A DNA stretch of 64,000 nucleotides from Brevundimonas sp. UBA7664. GTDB lineage: Bacteria; Pseudomonadota; Alphaproteobacteria; Caulobacterales; Caulobacteraceae. The DNA lies in contig NZ_DLHQ01000050.1 in NCBI RefSeq assembly GCF_002483305.1, positions 18,711-82,710 of the forward strand, given 5' to 3'. How positions within the stretch are numbered: position 1 is the stretch's first letter; each line of letters opens with the position of its first letter. Both the position numbers and the translations under genes were made by a program. A model generated the notes under the pieces. It did no database searches, was not told where the DNA came from, and saw only the letters and a program-made list of their open reading frames with translations. Of the stretch, positions 31,581-41,150 are shown piece by piece.

Positions 31581-33212
31581 CTAGCCGGCCACGCGCCTGA
31601 GCACCACGCCGGCCATCGGCGGCAGCGCGCCCCGGGGCGGCGTTGCCAGATTGACCGCCTCGACGACCTGCATGCCTTCTGGCGGCGACCACGGCGCGGG
31701 CTCGTGACCGAGGTTGAAGACACAGACCAGCCGTTCGTCGTCGGACACCCGTTCGAAGCAGAGAATGTCCCCGTCCGACTCCAGCATGTGCATCTCGCCC
31801 CGGACGAGGGCGGGGTGCGATTTTCTCAGGGCGACCAAACGACGGGTGACGTGGAGCATGGCGTGCGGATCCGCCTCCTGCCGATCCACGGCGAGGTCGA
31901 CGTGGCGCGGGTCGAGCGGGAGCCAGGGTTCGACGGTCGAGAAGCCGGCCCAGGGCTGGTCGGCGCGCCACGGAATGGGCGTGCGCGCGCCGTCGCGGCC
32001 GAGGGTCCGGGGCCAGTTGGCGATGGCCTCTGGATCGACCAGCCGGTCGAAGGGAACCTCGCCCTGGGGCAGGGCCAGCTCCTCGCCCTGATAGATGAAG
32101 ACGTTGCCGCGCAGGGTCATGAGCAGGAGCATGGCCATCCGGGCCATGGCGTTGAGGTCGCGACCACCGGCCCAGCGCGAAATGGCTCGCGGCGCATCGT
32201 GGTTCGAGAAGGTCCAGGACGGCCAGCCCTGTCCGTCACGCCCGTGCCAGGCCTCGGCGCCCATGCGGACCAGCTGCCGCTCCAGCGTCGGGGCGTAGAG
32301 GTAGAGGAAGCCGTAGGCGCTGTTCAGATGGCCCTCGCCGCGGGTGAAGGCCTGCATCTCGCGCTCGGCATGGTCGCCCGCCACCTCGGCGACGCTGAAG
32401 CGACCGCCATAGCTGTCGGTGAGGGCGCGGATACGGGCGAGGAAGTCGACAATGCCCGGCTGGGACTGGTTGTGCACCTTGTCCTGGAAGTCGAACGGCC
32501 GGGTCCGCGGTCCGCCGGGCGGCAGCGGCGGATTGTCGGTCAGCTTCGGGTCATGCATCGAAAAGTTGATGGCGTCGAAGCGGAAGCCGTCGACGCCGCG
32601 GTCCAGCCAGAAGCGCGCGACCTCCAGCAGGGAGTCCTGGACCGCTGGATTGTGCAGGTTCAGCTGCGGCTGCTCCGGCAGGAAATTGTGCATGTAATAC
32701 TGACCCCGCCGCGCGTCCCAGGTCCAGGCCGGCCCGCCGAAGACCGACTGCCAGTTGGAGGGCGGCGAGCCGTCGGGTTTGGCGTCGGCCCATACGTACC
32801 AGTCCGCTTTCGGCCCCGAGCGGGACTGGCGGCTTTCCGCGAACCAGACATGCTTGTCGGAGGTGTGGGCGAAGACCAGATCGGTGATGATCTTCAGGCC
32901 GAGCTGATGGGCGCGGGCGATCAGGCGGTCGAAATCGGCCAGGGTCCCGAAGACCGGATCGACGTCGCAATAGTCGGCAACGTCATAGCCGAAATCCTTC
33001 ATCGGCGAGGTGAAGAAGGGGCTCAACCAGACTCCGTCCACGCCCAGCGAGGCGATGTGATCGAGGTGGGCGGTGACGCCGGGCAGGTCGCCGACGCCGT
33101 CGCCGTTCGTGTCGGCGAAGCTGCGCGGATAGACCTGATAGATCACGGCCCCACGCCACCATTCTGCGGTGGCGGCAGGGGCGGGCGGGCGGTCGGATGA
33201 GCGGGGGGTCAC
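31581..33212 (-). CDS. GH13 alpha-glucosidase
   Basis: WWRGAVIYQVYPRSFADTNGDGVGDL, VDGVWLSPF, GVDGFRFDA, FSNHD, YQGEEL. Confidence 0.93.
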   Translation of the reverse strand: MTPRSSDRPPAPAATAEWWRGAVIYQVYPRSFADTNGDGVGDLPGVTAHLDHIASLGVDGVWLSPFFTSPMKDFGYDVADYCDVDPVFGTLADFDRLIARAHQLGLKIITDLVFAHTSDKHVWFAESRQSRSGPKADWYVWADAKPDGSPPSNWQSVFGGPAWTWDARRGQYYMHNFLPEQPQLNLHNPAVQDSLLEVARFWLDRGVDGFRFDAINFSMHDPKLTDNPPLPPGGPRTRPFDFQDKVHNQSQPGIVDFLARIRALTDSYGGRFSVAEVAGDHAEREMQAFTRGEGHLNSAYGFLYLYAPTLERQLVRMGAEAWHGRDGQGWPSWTFSNHDAPRAISRWAGGRDLNAMARMAMLLLMTLRGNVFIYQGEELALPQGEVPFDRLVDPEAIANWPRTLGRDGARTPIPWRADQPWAGFSTVEPWLPLDPRHVDLAVDRQEADPHAMLHVTRRLVALRKSHPALVRGEMHMLESDGDILCFERVSDDERLVCVFNLGHEPAPWSPPEGMQVVEAVNLATPPRGALPPMAGVVLRRVAG

Positions 33213-33346
33213 GCCGGGCCTTCATCGGGTTGATGGGTCACCCACTGTTGAACACCACCTGCGCCGCGGCGTCACCCACCGGCGTCGGCCCAACCGCTCA
33301 ATCCGGGCGCTACTGCACCAGCGCCTCGATCAGATCGCCCATGCGG

Positions 33347-33988
33347 TCAGGTTTCGCTGACCCTGGCGGCCTTGATCCCTGCACGATTTGCTCGATCCCT
33401 CAGAACGTCCAGAACCCGGGCGAAGGCGAGGTCCCTGGAACGCAGCAGGACGAGCAGGTGGTAGATGAGATCCGCCGCCTCCTCCGTCAGCTCCGCCACA
33501 TCCCCGGCCGCGCCTGCGAGGGCGACTTCCACGCCCTCCTCCCCCACCTTCTGGGCGGCGCGCTTCGGGCCTTGCGCCAGCAGGCGGGCGGTCCAGCTTT
33601 CAGCCGGGTCCGCGGCGGCGCGTTCGGCGATGGTCGCCTCCAGCCGGGCGAGTCGACCGAGACCCGGCGCATCCTCCTCGCCGAAACAGCTGATGCGGTT
33701 CAGGTGGCAGGCGTTGCCGACGGGACGGACCTTCAGGACCAGCGCATCGGCGTCGCAGTCGGGGGTGATCGATACGACGTGAAGCCGGTCGCCCGAGGTC
33801 TCGCCCTTGCGCCAGCGGCGGCCGCGCGAGCGGGAGAAGAAGGTGGCTTCACCGGAGGCGATCGTCTCGTCGAGGGCGGCGCGATCCATATAGGCCAGGG
33901 TCAGGACCTGCAGGGTGCCGGCGTCCTGGACGACGACGGGGATCAGGCCCTGGCCCTTGGCGAAGTCGAGTTGGTCGGAATCGATCAC
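33347..33988 (-). CDS. hisIE: Bifunctional phosphoribosyl-AMP cyclohydrolase / phosphoribosyl-ATP pyrophosphatase
   Basis: GLIPVVVQD...WRKGETSG...DCDADAL...CH, followed by AAQKVGEEGVEV...EEAADLIYHL. Confidence 0.95.
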   Translation of the reverse strand: MIDSDQLDFAKGQGLIPVVVQDAGTLQVLTLAYMDRAALDETIASGEATFFSRSRGRRWRKGETSGDRLHVVSITPDCDADALVLKVRPVGNACHLNRISCFGEEDAPGLGRLARLEATIAERAAADPAESWTARLLAQGPKRAAQKVGEEGVEVALAGAAGDVAELTEEAADLIYHLLVLLRSRDLAFARVLDVLRDRANRAGIKAARVSET

Positions 33989-34752
33989 AGTCTCATTTCC
34001 TGTCCGGCGTCCGAAAGGAACGCCTTGAGATCGGGAATGGCCAGGGCCCCGGTGTGGAAGACGCTGGCGGCGAGGGCGCCGGAGACGTCGGCCTGTTCGA
34101 ACACATCGCGGAAATGCGAGGCCGCGCCGGCGCCGCCCGAGGCGACCAGCGGGATGGTCAGACGGGCGCGGGCGGCGGCGAGCTGGGCGATGTCATAGCC
34201 GCGACGGACGCCGTCCTCGTCCATGCAGTTGAGCACGACCTCGCCGGCGCCGAGGGCCTGGGCCTCGACGATCCAATCAAGGGTGCGGCGGCCGGCCCCG
34301 CGGCTGGCGGTCGGGTCGCCGGTGTACTGGTGCACCAGCCAGTCGTCTCCGGCGCGTTTGGAGTCGACGCCGACGACCACGCACTGGCTGCCGAGGCGTT
34401 CGGCCATTTCGCCGATCAGGTCCGGGCGTTCGAGGGCGGGGGAGTTGATCGAGACCTTGTCGGCGCCGTGGTCGAGGCAGCGGGCGGCCTGATCGACCGA
34501 GCGGATGCCGCCGGCGACGCTGAAGGGGATGTCGAGCAGGCGGGCGATGTTACGGACCCAGCCGTAGTCGAGCGTGCGGCCCTCGGGGCTGGCGGTGATG
34601 TCATAGAAGACTAGTTCATCCGCGCCCTGATCGCGGTAACGGGCGGCGAGCTCGGCGGCGTCGCCCATGTCCGCGTGGCCCTGGAAGCGGACGCCCTTGA
34701 CCACCCGGCCGTCCTTGACGTCGAGACAGGGGATGATGCGGCGGGCCGTCAT
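33985..34752 (-). CDS. hisF: Imidazole glycerol phosphate synthase cyclase subunit
   Basis: MTARRIIPCLDVKDGRVVKG, DKVSINS, ASGGAG, ALAASVFH. Confidence 0.95.
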   Translation of the reverse strand: MTARRIIPCLDVKDGRVVKGVRFQGHADMGDAAELAARYRDQGADELVFYDITASPEGRTLDYGWVRNIARLLDIPFSVAGGIRSVDQAARCLDHGADKVSINSPALERPDLIGEMAERLGSQCVVVGVDSKRAGDDWLVHQYTGDPTASRGAGRRTLDWIVEAQALGAGEVVLNCMDEDGVRRGYDIAQLAAARARLTIPLVASGGAGAASHFRDVFEQADVSGALAASVFHTGALAIPDLKAFLSDAGQEMRL

Positions 34753-35474
34753 GCCGCGAGCGCTTCTTCGAGCGTAAAGCGGTTCTCGTAGAGGGCGCGG
34801 CCGACAATGGCTCCGTCGCAGCCGAGGGCGGCGGCGGCGGTCAGGTCGGCGACCGTGGCCACACCGCCGGAGGCCTGGACCTTCAGATCGGGACGGCGGC
34901 GGATGATCTCGCCCAGCAGGTCGAGGTTGGGGCCGGTCAGCGCGCCGTCGCGGCCGACGTCGGTGACCAGCAGGTGGCGCGCGAGGGTGGGCGGATAACG
35001 GTCCAGGGCGGTCCACAGATCGACCCCCGCCGCCTCGGTCCAGCCCTTGAGGGCCGGGACCCAGCGGTCGCCGTCGGCCTTGACGTCGATGGCCAGGGTG
35101 ATGCGATCCGGACCGAACCGGCGCAGCCAGTCGGCCACGGTCTCCGGCTGTGACACAGCGAGAGATCCGACCACGACCCGGGCGACACCGGCGTCGATCA
35201 GGGCGGCGACATCGTCGGCGGAGCGGACCCCGCCGCCGGACTGGATGCGGATGTCGATGGCGCGGGCGAGGTCGCCGATGAGGGCGTGCTGGACCGCGCG
35301 CCCGGCTTCGGCGCCGTCGAGGTCGACGATGTGGGCCCAGGTCGCGCCGGCGGCCGCGAAGGCGGCGAGGCGGGCGGCGGGCTGGTCATCGTAGCGGGTG
35401 ACGGCGTCGAACCGGCCGTGCATCAGCCGCACGCAGATCCCGTCTTTCAGGTCGATGGCGGGATAGACGATCAC
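34749..35474 (-). CDS. hisA: ProFAR isomerase
   Basis: IVYPAIDLKDGICVRL, HIVDLDGA, QSGGGVRS, TDVGRDGALTGPN; GTG start. Confidence 0.93.
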   Translation of the reverse strand: MIVYPAIDLKDGICVRLMHGRFDAVTRYDDQPAARLAAFAAAGATWAHIVDLDGAEAGRAVQHALIGDLARAIDIRIQSGGGVRSADDVAALIDAGVARVVVGSLAVSQPETVADWLRRFGPDRITLAIDVKADGDRWVPALKGWTEAAGVDLWTALDRYPPTLARHLLVTDVGRDGALTGPNLDLLGEIIRRRPDLKVQASGGVATVADLTAAAALGCDGAIVGRALYENRFTLEEALAA

Positions 35475-36073
35475 GCGGGAAGCTCCAGGAAATTGCGCAG
35501 GATGCGGGCGCCGGCGGCGGCGGAGCGCTCGGGGTGAAACTGGCAGCCCCAGCGGTTGGCGCTGCGGACCATGGCGGGCACCGGGCCGCCGTAGTCGGCG
35601 CGGGCAAGGGTCGCCGAGCCGTCCGGGCAGACGAAGCCGTGGACGAAATAGGCGTATGCGCCGTCTTCGATCCCTTCGAGCAGGGGATCGCCCCGATCGG
35701 CCGTCAGGCGCGACCAGCCCATGTGCGGCACGGTCAGGCCCTTGCCGGGCTCCAGCCGACGGACGGCGCCGGGGATCAGGCCGAGCAGGGGGATGGGCTC
35801 GCCCTCCTCGCTGGTCTCGAACAACAGCTGCTGGCCGAGGCAGACGCCGAGCAGGGGACGCGGGAAGGCGCGGATCGGTTCGACGAGGCCGAGCGCGGTC
35901 AGCCGGGCCATGGCGTAGGCGGCCGCGCCCACGCCCGGCAGGATCAGCCGTTCGGCTTCCGTGACCGCCAGAGGGTCGTCGGTCAGGCGGACGATCGCGC
36001 CCAGCCGCTCCAGGGCGAACCGGACCGAGGCGGTGTTGCCGGCGCCGTAGGCGAGGACGGTGACCTCGGTCAC
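35471..36073 (-). CDS. hisH: Imidazole glycerol phosphate synthase glutaminase subunit
   Basis: YGAGNTASV, LPGVG, LGVCLGQQ, PHMGW, QFHPERS. Confidence 0.95.
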   Translation of the reverse strand: MTEVTVLAYGAGNTASVRFALERLGAIVRLTDDPLAVTEAERLILPGVGAAAYAMARLTALGLVEPIRAFPRPLLGVCLGQQLLFETSEEGEPIPLLGLIPGAVRRLEPGKGLTVPHMGWSRLTADRGDPLLEGIEDGAYAYFVHGFVCPDGSATLARADYGGPVPAMVRSANRWGCQFHPERSAAAGARILRNFLELPA

Positions 36074-37506
36074 AGCACGCCCTTGGTGCTGGGCACGGCG
36101 TCGCCCTCGATGCGGATGGCCTGACGCAGGGCGCGGCCAAAGGCCTTGTAGACGGCCTCCGTCTTGTGGTGGTCGTCGTCGCCGGTGACCGAGACATGGA
36201 CGGCCGCGCCCATGGCTTCGGCCAGCGAGCGGAAGACGTGGGCCGTCAGATCGGTGCGGTAGTCGCCGATGAAGGGGGTCGAGAAGGTCCCCTCGAAAAC
36301 CGGGAAGGGTCGGCCGGAGAGGTCGATGGAGACGCTGGCGTTGGCCTCATCCATGGGCAGGACGAAGCCGTAGCGGGCGATGCCGCGGCGTTCGCCGAGC
36401 GCCTGCTTCAGGGCCTGGCCGAGGGCGATGGCCGAGTCCTCAATGGTGTGGTGCGGGTCGGTGTGCAGGTCGCCCTCACAGGCCAGCCGCAGGGAGAAGC
36501 CGCCGTGGGCGGCGACCTGCTCCAGCATGTGGTCGAAGAAGCCAACGCCGGTGGCGATGGAGACCGGGCCGGTCGCGTCGAGGTCGACGGCGCAGACGAT
36601 GCGGGTCTCCTTCGTGTCGCGGACGGCCTCGCCAGTGCGGTGGACACGGCCGGATGCCGCGCCGAGACCGAGGGCGGCGAGGAGCCGGTCGTTGACCCCG
36701 GCCCTGGCGGAGACGGGCAGTCGCAGCCGGTCGCCGGCGCGTTCGGCGGCGAGGCCGAACCGGGCGAGCGCGGTGAGGACGGCGTCCGGGTCGGTGGGCC
36801 GGGCCATGATCACGGGGCCGAAGCCAGGCTCGATCTTCATGTCGCGGGAGAGTGCCTTGCTCAGCCGCTCGCGCTCGGACCGGACGAGGGCGATGCGCGC
36901 CGTCGTCTCCATCATCCGCGAGGGGTCAAGCGCCTGCAGGGCGAGGCGGATGGAGACCTCGGGCAGGGCGTAGGGCTCAAGCACAGAGGCGAGACGGGCG
37001 AGCGTTTCCGGCTGGCCGAGGGCGGCGCCGACGCGGGCGCCGGCCAGGCCATATGCGAGCGAGAGGCTACGCAGGACGATCAGGTTGGCGTGGTCCTGGA
37101 GGACGGTCGTGGCCGATGGGGCGTCCGCGAACTCGGCCATGCCTTCATCGATGACCAGCAACGCCGGGGCGACCCGTTCGGCCATTTCGGCCACCGCCTC
37201 GGGCGAGCCGAGGGCGCGGAGGATGACGACACCGGTCGCCGCGCCGGCGGCGGGCGGAGCGTAGAGGGCGGCGAGGGCGCGATACGGCTCGGCGTCGGGG
37301 GCCTCGACGCGCTGTCCGTCACGGGCGGCGAGGCGGAAGACCAACTCGAGGCCGTGGGTCAGGCCGCGGACCGGCAGAACGCTTTCGGCGCTCACGCCAT
37401 AGATCTGGGCCATGCGGGCGGCCAGCGCGCGCGGCTCGGCCGGATATCGGTCGAGGCCGTCGCCGCCGGCGACCAACGGGGGGAAGGGGGCGGGCAGGTT
37501 GTTCAT
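36070..37506 (-). CDS. hisB: Fusion of a degenerate HisC-like aminotransferase domain and imidazoleglycerol-phosphate dehydratase
   Basis: C-terminal about 190 aa: TKETRI, TGVGFFDHMLEQ, DPHHTIED, PMDEA, DDHHKTEAVYKAFGRAL, PSTKGVL. N-terminal about 285 aa HisC-like (DRYP, IDEGM, LRSLSLAYGLAGARVG) but without the PLP lysine. Confidence 0.88.
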   Translation of the reverse strand: MNNLPAPFPPLVAGGDGLDRYPAEPRALAARMAQIYGVSAESVLPVRGLTHGLELVFRLAARDGQRVEAPDAEPYRALAALYAPPAAGAATGVVILRALGSPEAVAEMAERVAPALLVIDEGMAEFADAPSATTVLQDHANLIVLRSLSLAYGLAGARVGAALGQPETLARLASVLEPYALPEVSIRLALQALDPSRMMETTARIALVRSERERLSKALSRDMKIEPGFGPVIMARPTDPDAVLTALARFGLAAERAGDRLRLPVSARAGVNDRLLAALGLGAASGRVHRTGEAVRDTKETRIVCAVDLDATGPVSIATGVGFFDHMLEQVAAHGGFSLRLACEGDLHTDPHHTIEDSAIALGQALKQALGERRGIARYGFVLPMDEANASVSIDLSGRPFPVFEGTFSTPFIGDYRTDLTAHVFRSLAEAMGAAVHVSVTGDDDHHKTEAVYKAFGRALRQAIRIEGDAVPSTKGVL

Positions 37507-38810
37507 GCGCCGGTCCTCAGATCCGCGGCGCGGGCGTGGGCTTCCAGTCCCTCCAGCCGGGCGAGGCGGGCGGCGACGGGCGCGAGGGCGGCGGCCCCGG
37601 CCTCGGTCACGACCTGGACCGACATGGTGGTCATGAAGCTGGCCGTGGTGACGCCGCCCATGGTGCGCGCGGCGCCGTCGGTGGGCAGGACGTGGCTGGG
37701 GCCGGCGGCGTAGTCGCCGAGGGTCTCGGCCGCGAAGCCGCCGACGAAGACGGCCCCGGCGGCGGAGATGCGGCTAACCAGTTTGTCGGCGTCCACGGTC
37801 TGCAGGGCGAGGTGCTCCGGCGCATAGAGGTTGGCGACCTCGCAGGCCTCGGCGACGTCGCGGACGCGGATGGCGCGGCCTTCGGCGAGGGAGGCTCGGG
37901 CGATGTCGGCCCGGGGCAGGGTCGCGAGTTGCTGCTCCACCTCGGCGAGGATGGCGTCGATGTTGGCCCGGCTTACAGAGACGAGGATGACCTGGGCGTC
38001 GGCGTCGTGCTCGGCCTGGCTGAGCAGGTCGGCGGCGGCGATTTCAGGGTCGGCGTCACGGTCGGCGATGACCAGCAGTTCGGACGGACCGGCGGGCATG
38101 TCGACGGCGGGGCCGCCGGGCAGGTTCGACGCCTGCTTCTTGGCCTCGGCGACCCAGGCGTTGCCGGGGCCGAACAGCTTGTCGCAGGGTTCGATGACGC
38201 CGTCGTCCAGTTCGGCGCCGAAGGTCAGGGCGGCGATGGCCTGGGCGCCGCCGATCAGCCAGAGCGCATCGAGTCCGGCCTCGGCCGCGGCGAAGATCAT
38301 CGCCGGGTGCGGCTCGCCCGCGGCCGAGGGCGGGGTGACGGCGATGCGGCGGCCGACTCCGGCGACACCGGCGGGGATGGCCAGCATCAACAGGGACGAG
38401 AACAGCGGCGCCGAACCGCCGGGGACATAGAGGCCCGCCGAGCGCAGGGGACGCCAGACGAGGCGTGAGCGGACGCCGGGAATGATCTCGACGTCGGGGG
38501 TGTCCTCCGGTCGTGTGGCCTCGTGGAAGATGCGGATGTTCTCGGCCGCCATGCGGATGGACCGGGTGTCGGCGGGCCGCAGGGCGTCGCGGGCGGCAGC
38601 GACGCGGTCGGGCGTCAGCTCCAGCCGGCGCGGTGCGGCGCCGTCCAGTTTCAGGCTCCAGTCGGTCACGGCAGCGCCGCCGCGCGCGCGGACGTCGTCC
38701 ATGATCTCGCGCACCGTATCGGTCACGCGCGACTCGGTGCGGCGGCGGGGACGGGCCAGGGCCTCAAGGCGGCCGGCGGCGTCGAGGGTGCTCCAGTCGA
38801 TACGTCGCAT
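37503..38810 (-). CDS. hisD: Histidinol dehydrogenase
   Basis: AGLYVPGG, GGAQAIAAL, GPGNAWV, DMPAGPSE, DLLSQAEHD, APEHL, GDYAAGPSHVLPT. Confidence 0.95.
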   Translation of the reverse strand: MRRIDWSTLDAAGRLEALARPRRRTESRVTDTVREIMDDVRARGGAAVTDWSLKLDGAAPRRLELTPDRVAAARDALRPADTRSIRMAAENIRIFHEATRPEDTPDVEIIPGVRSRLVWRPLRSAGLYVPGGSAPLFSSLLMLAIPAGVAGVGRRIAVTPPSAAGEPHPAMIFAAAEAGLDALWLIGGAQAIAALTFGAELDDGVIEPCDKLFGPGNAWVAEAKKQASNLPGGPAVDMPAGPSELLVIADRDADPEIAAADLLSQAEHDADAQVILVSVSRANIDAILAEVEQQLATLPRADIARASLAEGRAIRVRDVAEACEVANLYAPEHLALQTVDADKLVSRISAAGAVFVGGFAAETLGDYAAGPSHVLPTDGAARTMGGVTTASFMTTMSVQVVTEAGAAALAPVAARLARLEGLEAHARAADLRTGA

Positions 38811-39691
38811 CACATCATCTTCTCGATCGGAAGGACGAGGATGGCCGAGGCGCCGGCGGCCTTGAGCCGTTCCAGCGTCTCCCAGAAGACGGCCTCCTGA
38901 CAGACGGCGTGGACAGCGACGGCGTCGTCGCGGCCGGACAGGGGCATAACCGTTGGCGCGCCGGCGCCGGGCAGGATGGCGGTGATTTCGGCCAGGGCCG
39001 AACGGGGGGCGTTCAGCATGACGTATTTGGCGCCCTGCGAGGACACCACCCCGGCCATGCGCTCGACGATGCTGTCCAGCAGGTGCTGCAGGCCGGCCTC
39101 GGGCGCGACGGGCGATTTGATCAGCACCGCCTGGCTGTCCAGCACCGTCTCCTTCGCCGCCAAGCCGTTGGCCTCCAGCGTCGCGCCGGTCGAGACCAGG
39201 TCGCAGATAGCGGAGGCGAGCTTCAACCGGGGCGCCACCTCGACCGCGCCGCGCATGGTGACGATGTCGGCGGAGACGCCCTGCGCATCCAGATAGCGGC
39301 GCAGGATTTTCGGATAGGAGGTGGCGATGCGCAGACCGTCCAGCGAGGCCGGGCCGTCGTAGGCCAGGGTCGGGGGGATGGCGATCTTGAGGGTGCAACG
39401 GCCGAAGCCCAGCGGCATCAGCACCTCGGCCGTCGGGCCGCCGTTGCGGACCTCCTCCAGCACATTCTCGCCGACGATGCCGAGGTCGCAGACGCCGTCT
39501 GCGACGAATGTGGGAATGTCGTCGTCGCGGACGCGCAACAGGTCGATCGGGTAGTTTTCCACCCGATAGAGCAGGTCGTTGTTGCCCTTGACCACGCGCA
39601 GGCCCGCGTCGCGGACGAGGTCGAGGCTGCGGTCGGACAGGCGGCCGGATTTCTGGACGGCGATACGCAGCCGCCCCTGGACAGTGCTCAT
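38810..39691 (-). CDS. hisG: ATP phosphoribosyltransferase, long form
   Basis: IAVQKSGRLS, RVRDDDIP, IATSYP, GAVEVAP, ICDLVSTGATL, plus the C-terminal regulatory domain. Confidence 0.96.
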   Translation of the reverse strand: MSTVQGRLRIAVQKSGRLSDRSLDLVRDAGLRVVKGNNDLLYRVENYPIDLLRVRDDDIPTFVADGVCDLGIVGENVLEEVRNGGPTAEVLMPLGFGRCTLKIAIPPTLAYDGPASLDGLRIATSYPKILRRYLDAQGVSADIVTMRGAVEVAPRLKLASAICDLVSTGATLEANGLAAKETVLDSQAVLIKSPVAPEAGLQHLLDSIVERMAGVVSSQGAKYVMLNAPRSALAEITAILPGAGAPTVMPLSGRDDAVAVHAVCQEAVFWETLERLKAAGASAILVLPIEKMM

Positions 39692-39701
39692 GACGGGGTA
39701 C

Positions 39702-40019
39702 TCAGACTTTCGGGTTCAGACGGTCCAGCACCAGGCGGTAGCCCTGATGCGGCATCTCTTTCAGGAAGCGGGCGACCCGCACGACGGTGGTCGGGCTGGC
39801 CTGGGCCTCGGCGGCGATCTCGCGATAGGACTTCCCGCCGGCGTCGAGCAGGCGGGCGACCTCCCAGCGCTCGGCGAAGGCCCGCACCTCGGACGGGGTG
39901 CACAGGTCGGCCAGGAAGGCGTCGACCTCGTCCCGCGTGTTCAGCGACAACAGGGCGTCATAGAGGGCGACGCGGCTGTTGGCCGTGGCGGCGGCGTTGC
40001 GGGGGAGGGTATCGGTCAT
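39702..40019 (-). CDS. YerC/YecD TrpR-related regulator
   Basis: FLADLCTPSEVRAFAERWEVARLL...SYREIA...SPTTVVRVARFL. Confidence 0.88.
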   Translation of the reverse strand: MTDTLPRNAAATANSRVALYDALLSLNTRDEVDAFLADLCTPSEVRAFAERWEVARLLDAGGKSYREIAAEAQASPTTVVRVARFLKEMPHQGYRLVLDRLNPKV

Positions 40020-40023
40020 GGCG

Positions 40024-40051
40024 CGTTCCACTATGGTGTAACGCTGGAACG
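40024..40051. promoter_or_regulatory. Inverted repeat at the head of the his operon (candidate operator)
   Basis: CGTTCCA-N14-TGGAACG, 5 nt upstream of the TrpR-like ATG. Confidence 0.5.
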
Positions 40052-40094
40052 GTCAAGCGGATAAATCTCGCGGTGCTGCAATGGGCTCCGAAGA

Positions 40095-41150
40095 TTAACG
40101 CAGCGCCGCGTTGATCCGGTCGAGGGCCGCCGCGCCCGGGGTCAGCTCGGCGTCGGACAGGGCGTTGAGCGGCCGGGCGACCGTCGCCAGCGCGTCATGC
40201 AGATCTTCCGACTCGGGGTCGACATAGAGCAGGCCGGTGACGATCTCACCGACGGCCTGTCGTTCGTGCAGATAGGCCATGGCCTTGACCCGGTCCGTCG
40301 CGTCGTAGTCCTGGGCCACCTTGCGCAGCATCAGGATCGAGCCGTCGTGCTGGGCGACTTCCACCAGAGAGCCGGGCGCGTAGGCGGCGGTGACGGGTAC
40401 GCGGCCGAGGATCACGTCCAGCCGGTTGACCGCCTCATTGTGCTCGCGCACCCAGTCGAAGCTCTTGGTCGAACCCTTGTGGTTGTTGAACGCCACGCAG
40501 GGGCTGAGCACGTCGATGAAGGCCGCACCCTTGTGGGTCAGGGCCGCCTTGATCAGGGGGACCAACTGGTCCTTGTCGCCGGAGAAGCTGCGGCCGACGA
40601 AGGTGGCGCCCAGTTGCAGGGCCATGGCGACCAGGTCGATCCCGCTGTCGGAATTGACCACGCCCTTCTTGGACTTGCTGCCCTTGTCGGCGGTGGCGGA
40701 GAACTGGCCCTTGGTCAGGCCGTACACCCCGTTGTTCTCGACGATATAGGCCATGTTGACCCCGCGCCGCATGGCGTGGGCGAACTGGCCCAGACCGATC
40801 GAGGCGCTGTCGCCGTCGCCGGAGACGCCCAGATAGATCAGCTCGCGATTGGCCAGATTGGCGCCGGTCAGGACAGAGGGCATCCGTCCGTGCACGGTGT
40901 TGAAGCCGTGGCTGGCGCTGAGGAAATAGTCCGGCGTCTTGGACGAGCAGCCGATCCCCGACAGCTTGGCGAGGCGATGGGGCTCCAGATCAATCTCGAA
41001 ACAGGCCTGGACGATGGCGGCGCTGATCGAGTCGTGGCCGCAGCCCGCGCACAGGGTCGAGACCCGGCCCTCGTAGTCGCGGCGCGTGAAGCCGAGCGCG
41101 TTGGTCGGCAGGGAGGGATGATGGAACTGTGGCTTGACGATGTAGGTCAT
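40095..41150 (-). CDS. korB: 2-oxoacid:ferredoxin oxidoreductase beta subunit
   Basis: STLCAGCGHD, SGIGCSSK, HGRMPS, TPP motif GDGDSASIG...NNGVYGLTKGQ. Confidence 0.9.
   Translation of the reverse strand: MTYIVKPQFHHPSLPTNALGFTRRDYEGRVSTLCAGCGHDSISAAIVQACFEIDLEPHRLAKLSGIGCSSKTPDYFLSASHGFNTVHGRMPSVLTGANLANRELIYLGVSGDGDSASIGLGQFAHAMRRGVNMAYIVENNGVYGLTKGQFSATADKGSKSKKGVVNSDSGIDLVAMALQLGATFVGRSFSGDKDQLVPLIKAALTHKGAAFIDVLSPCVAFNNHKGSTKSFDWVREHNEAVNRLDVILGRVPVTAAYAPGSLVEVAQHDGSILMLRKVAQDYDATDRVKAMAYLHERQAVGEIVTGLLYVDPESEDLHDALATVARPLNALSDAELTPGAAALDRINAALR

Noticed and set aside
33315-33400. Short minus-strand frame ending MGDLIEALVQ* overlapping the hisIE 3' end, as a possible gene remnant
   Set aside because: Too short to assign, with no RBS or family motif.
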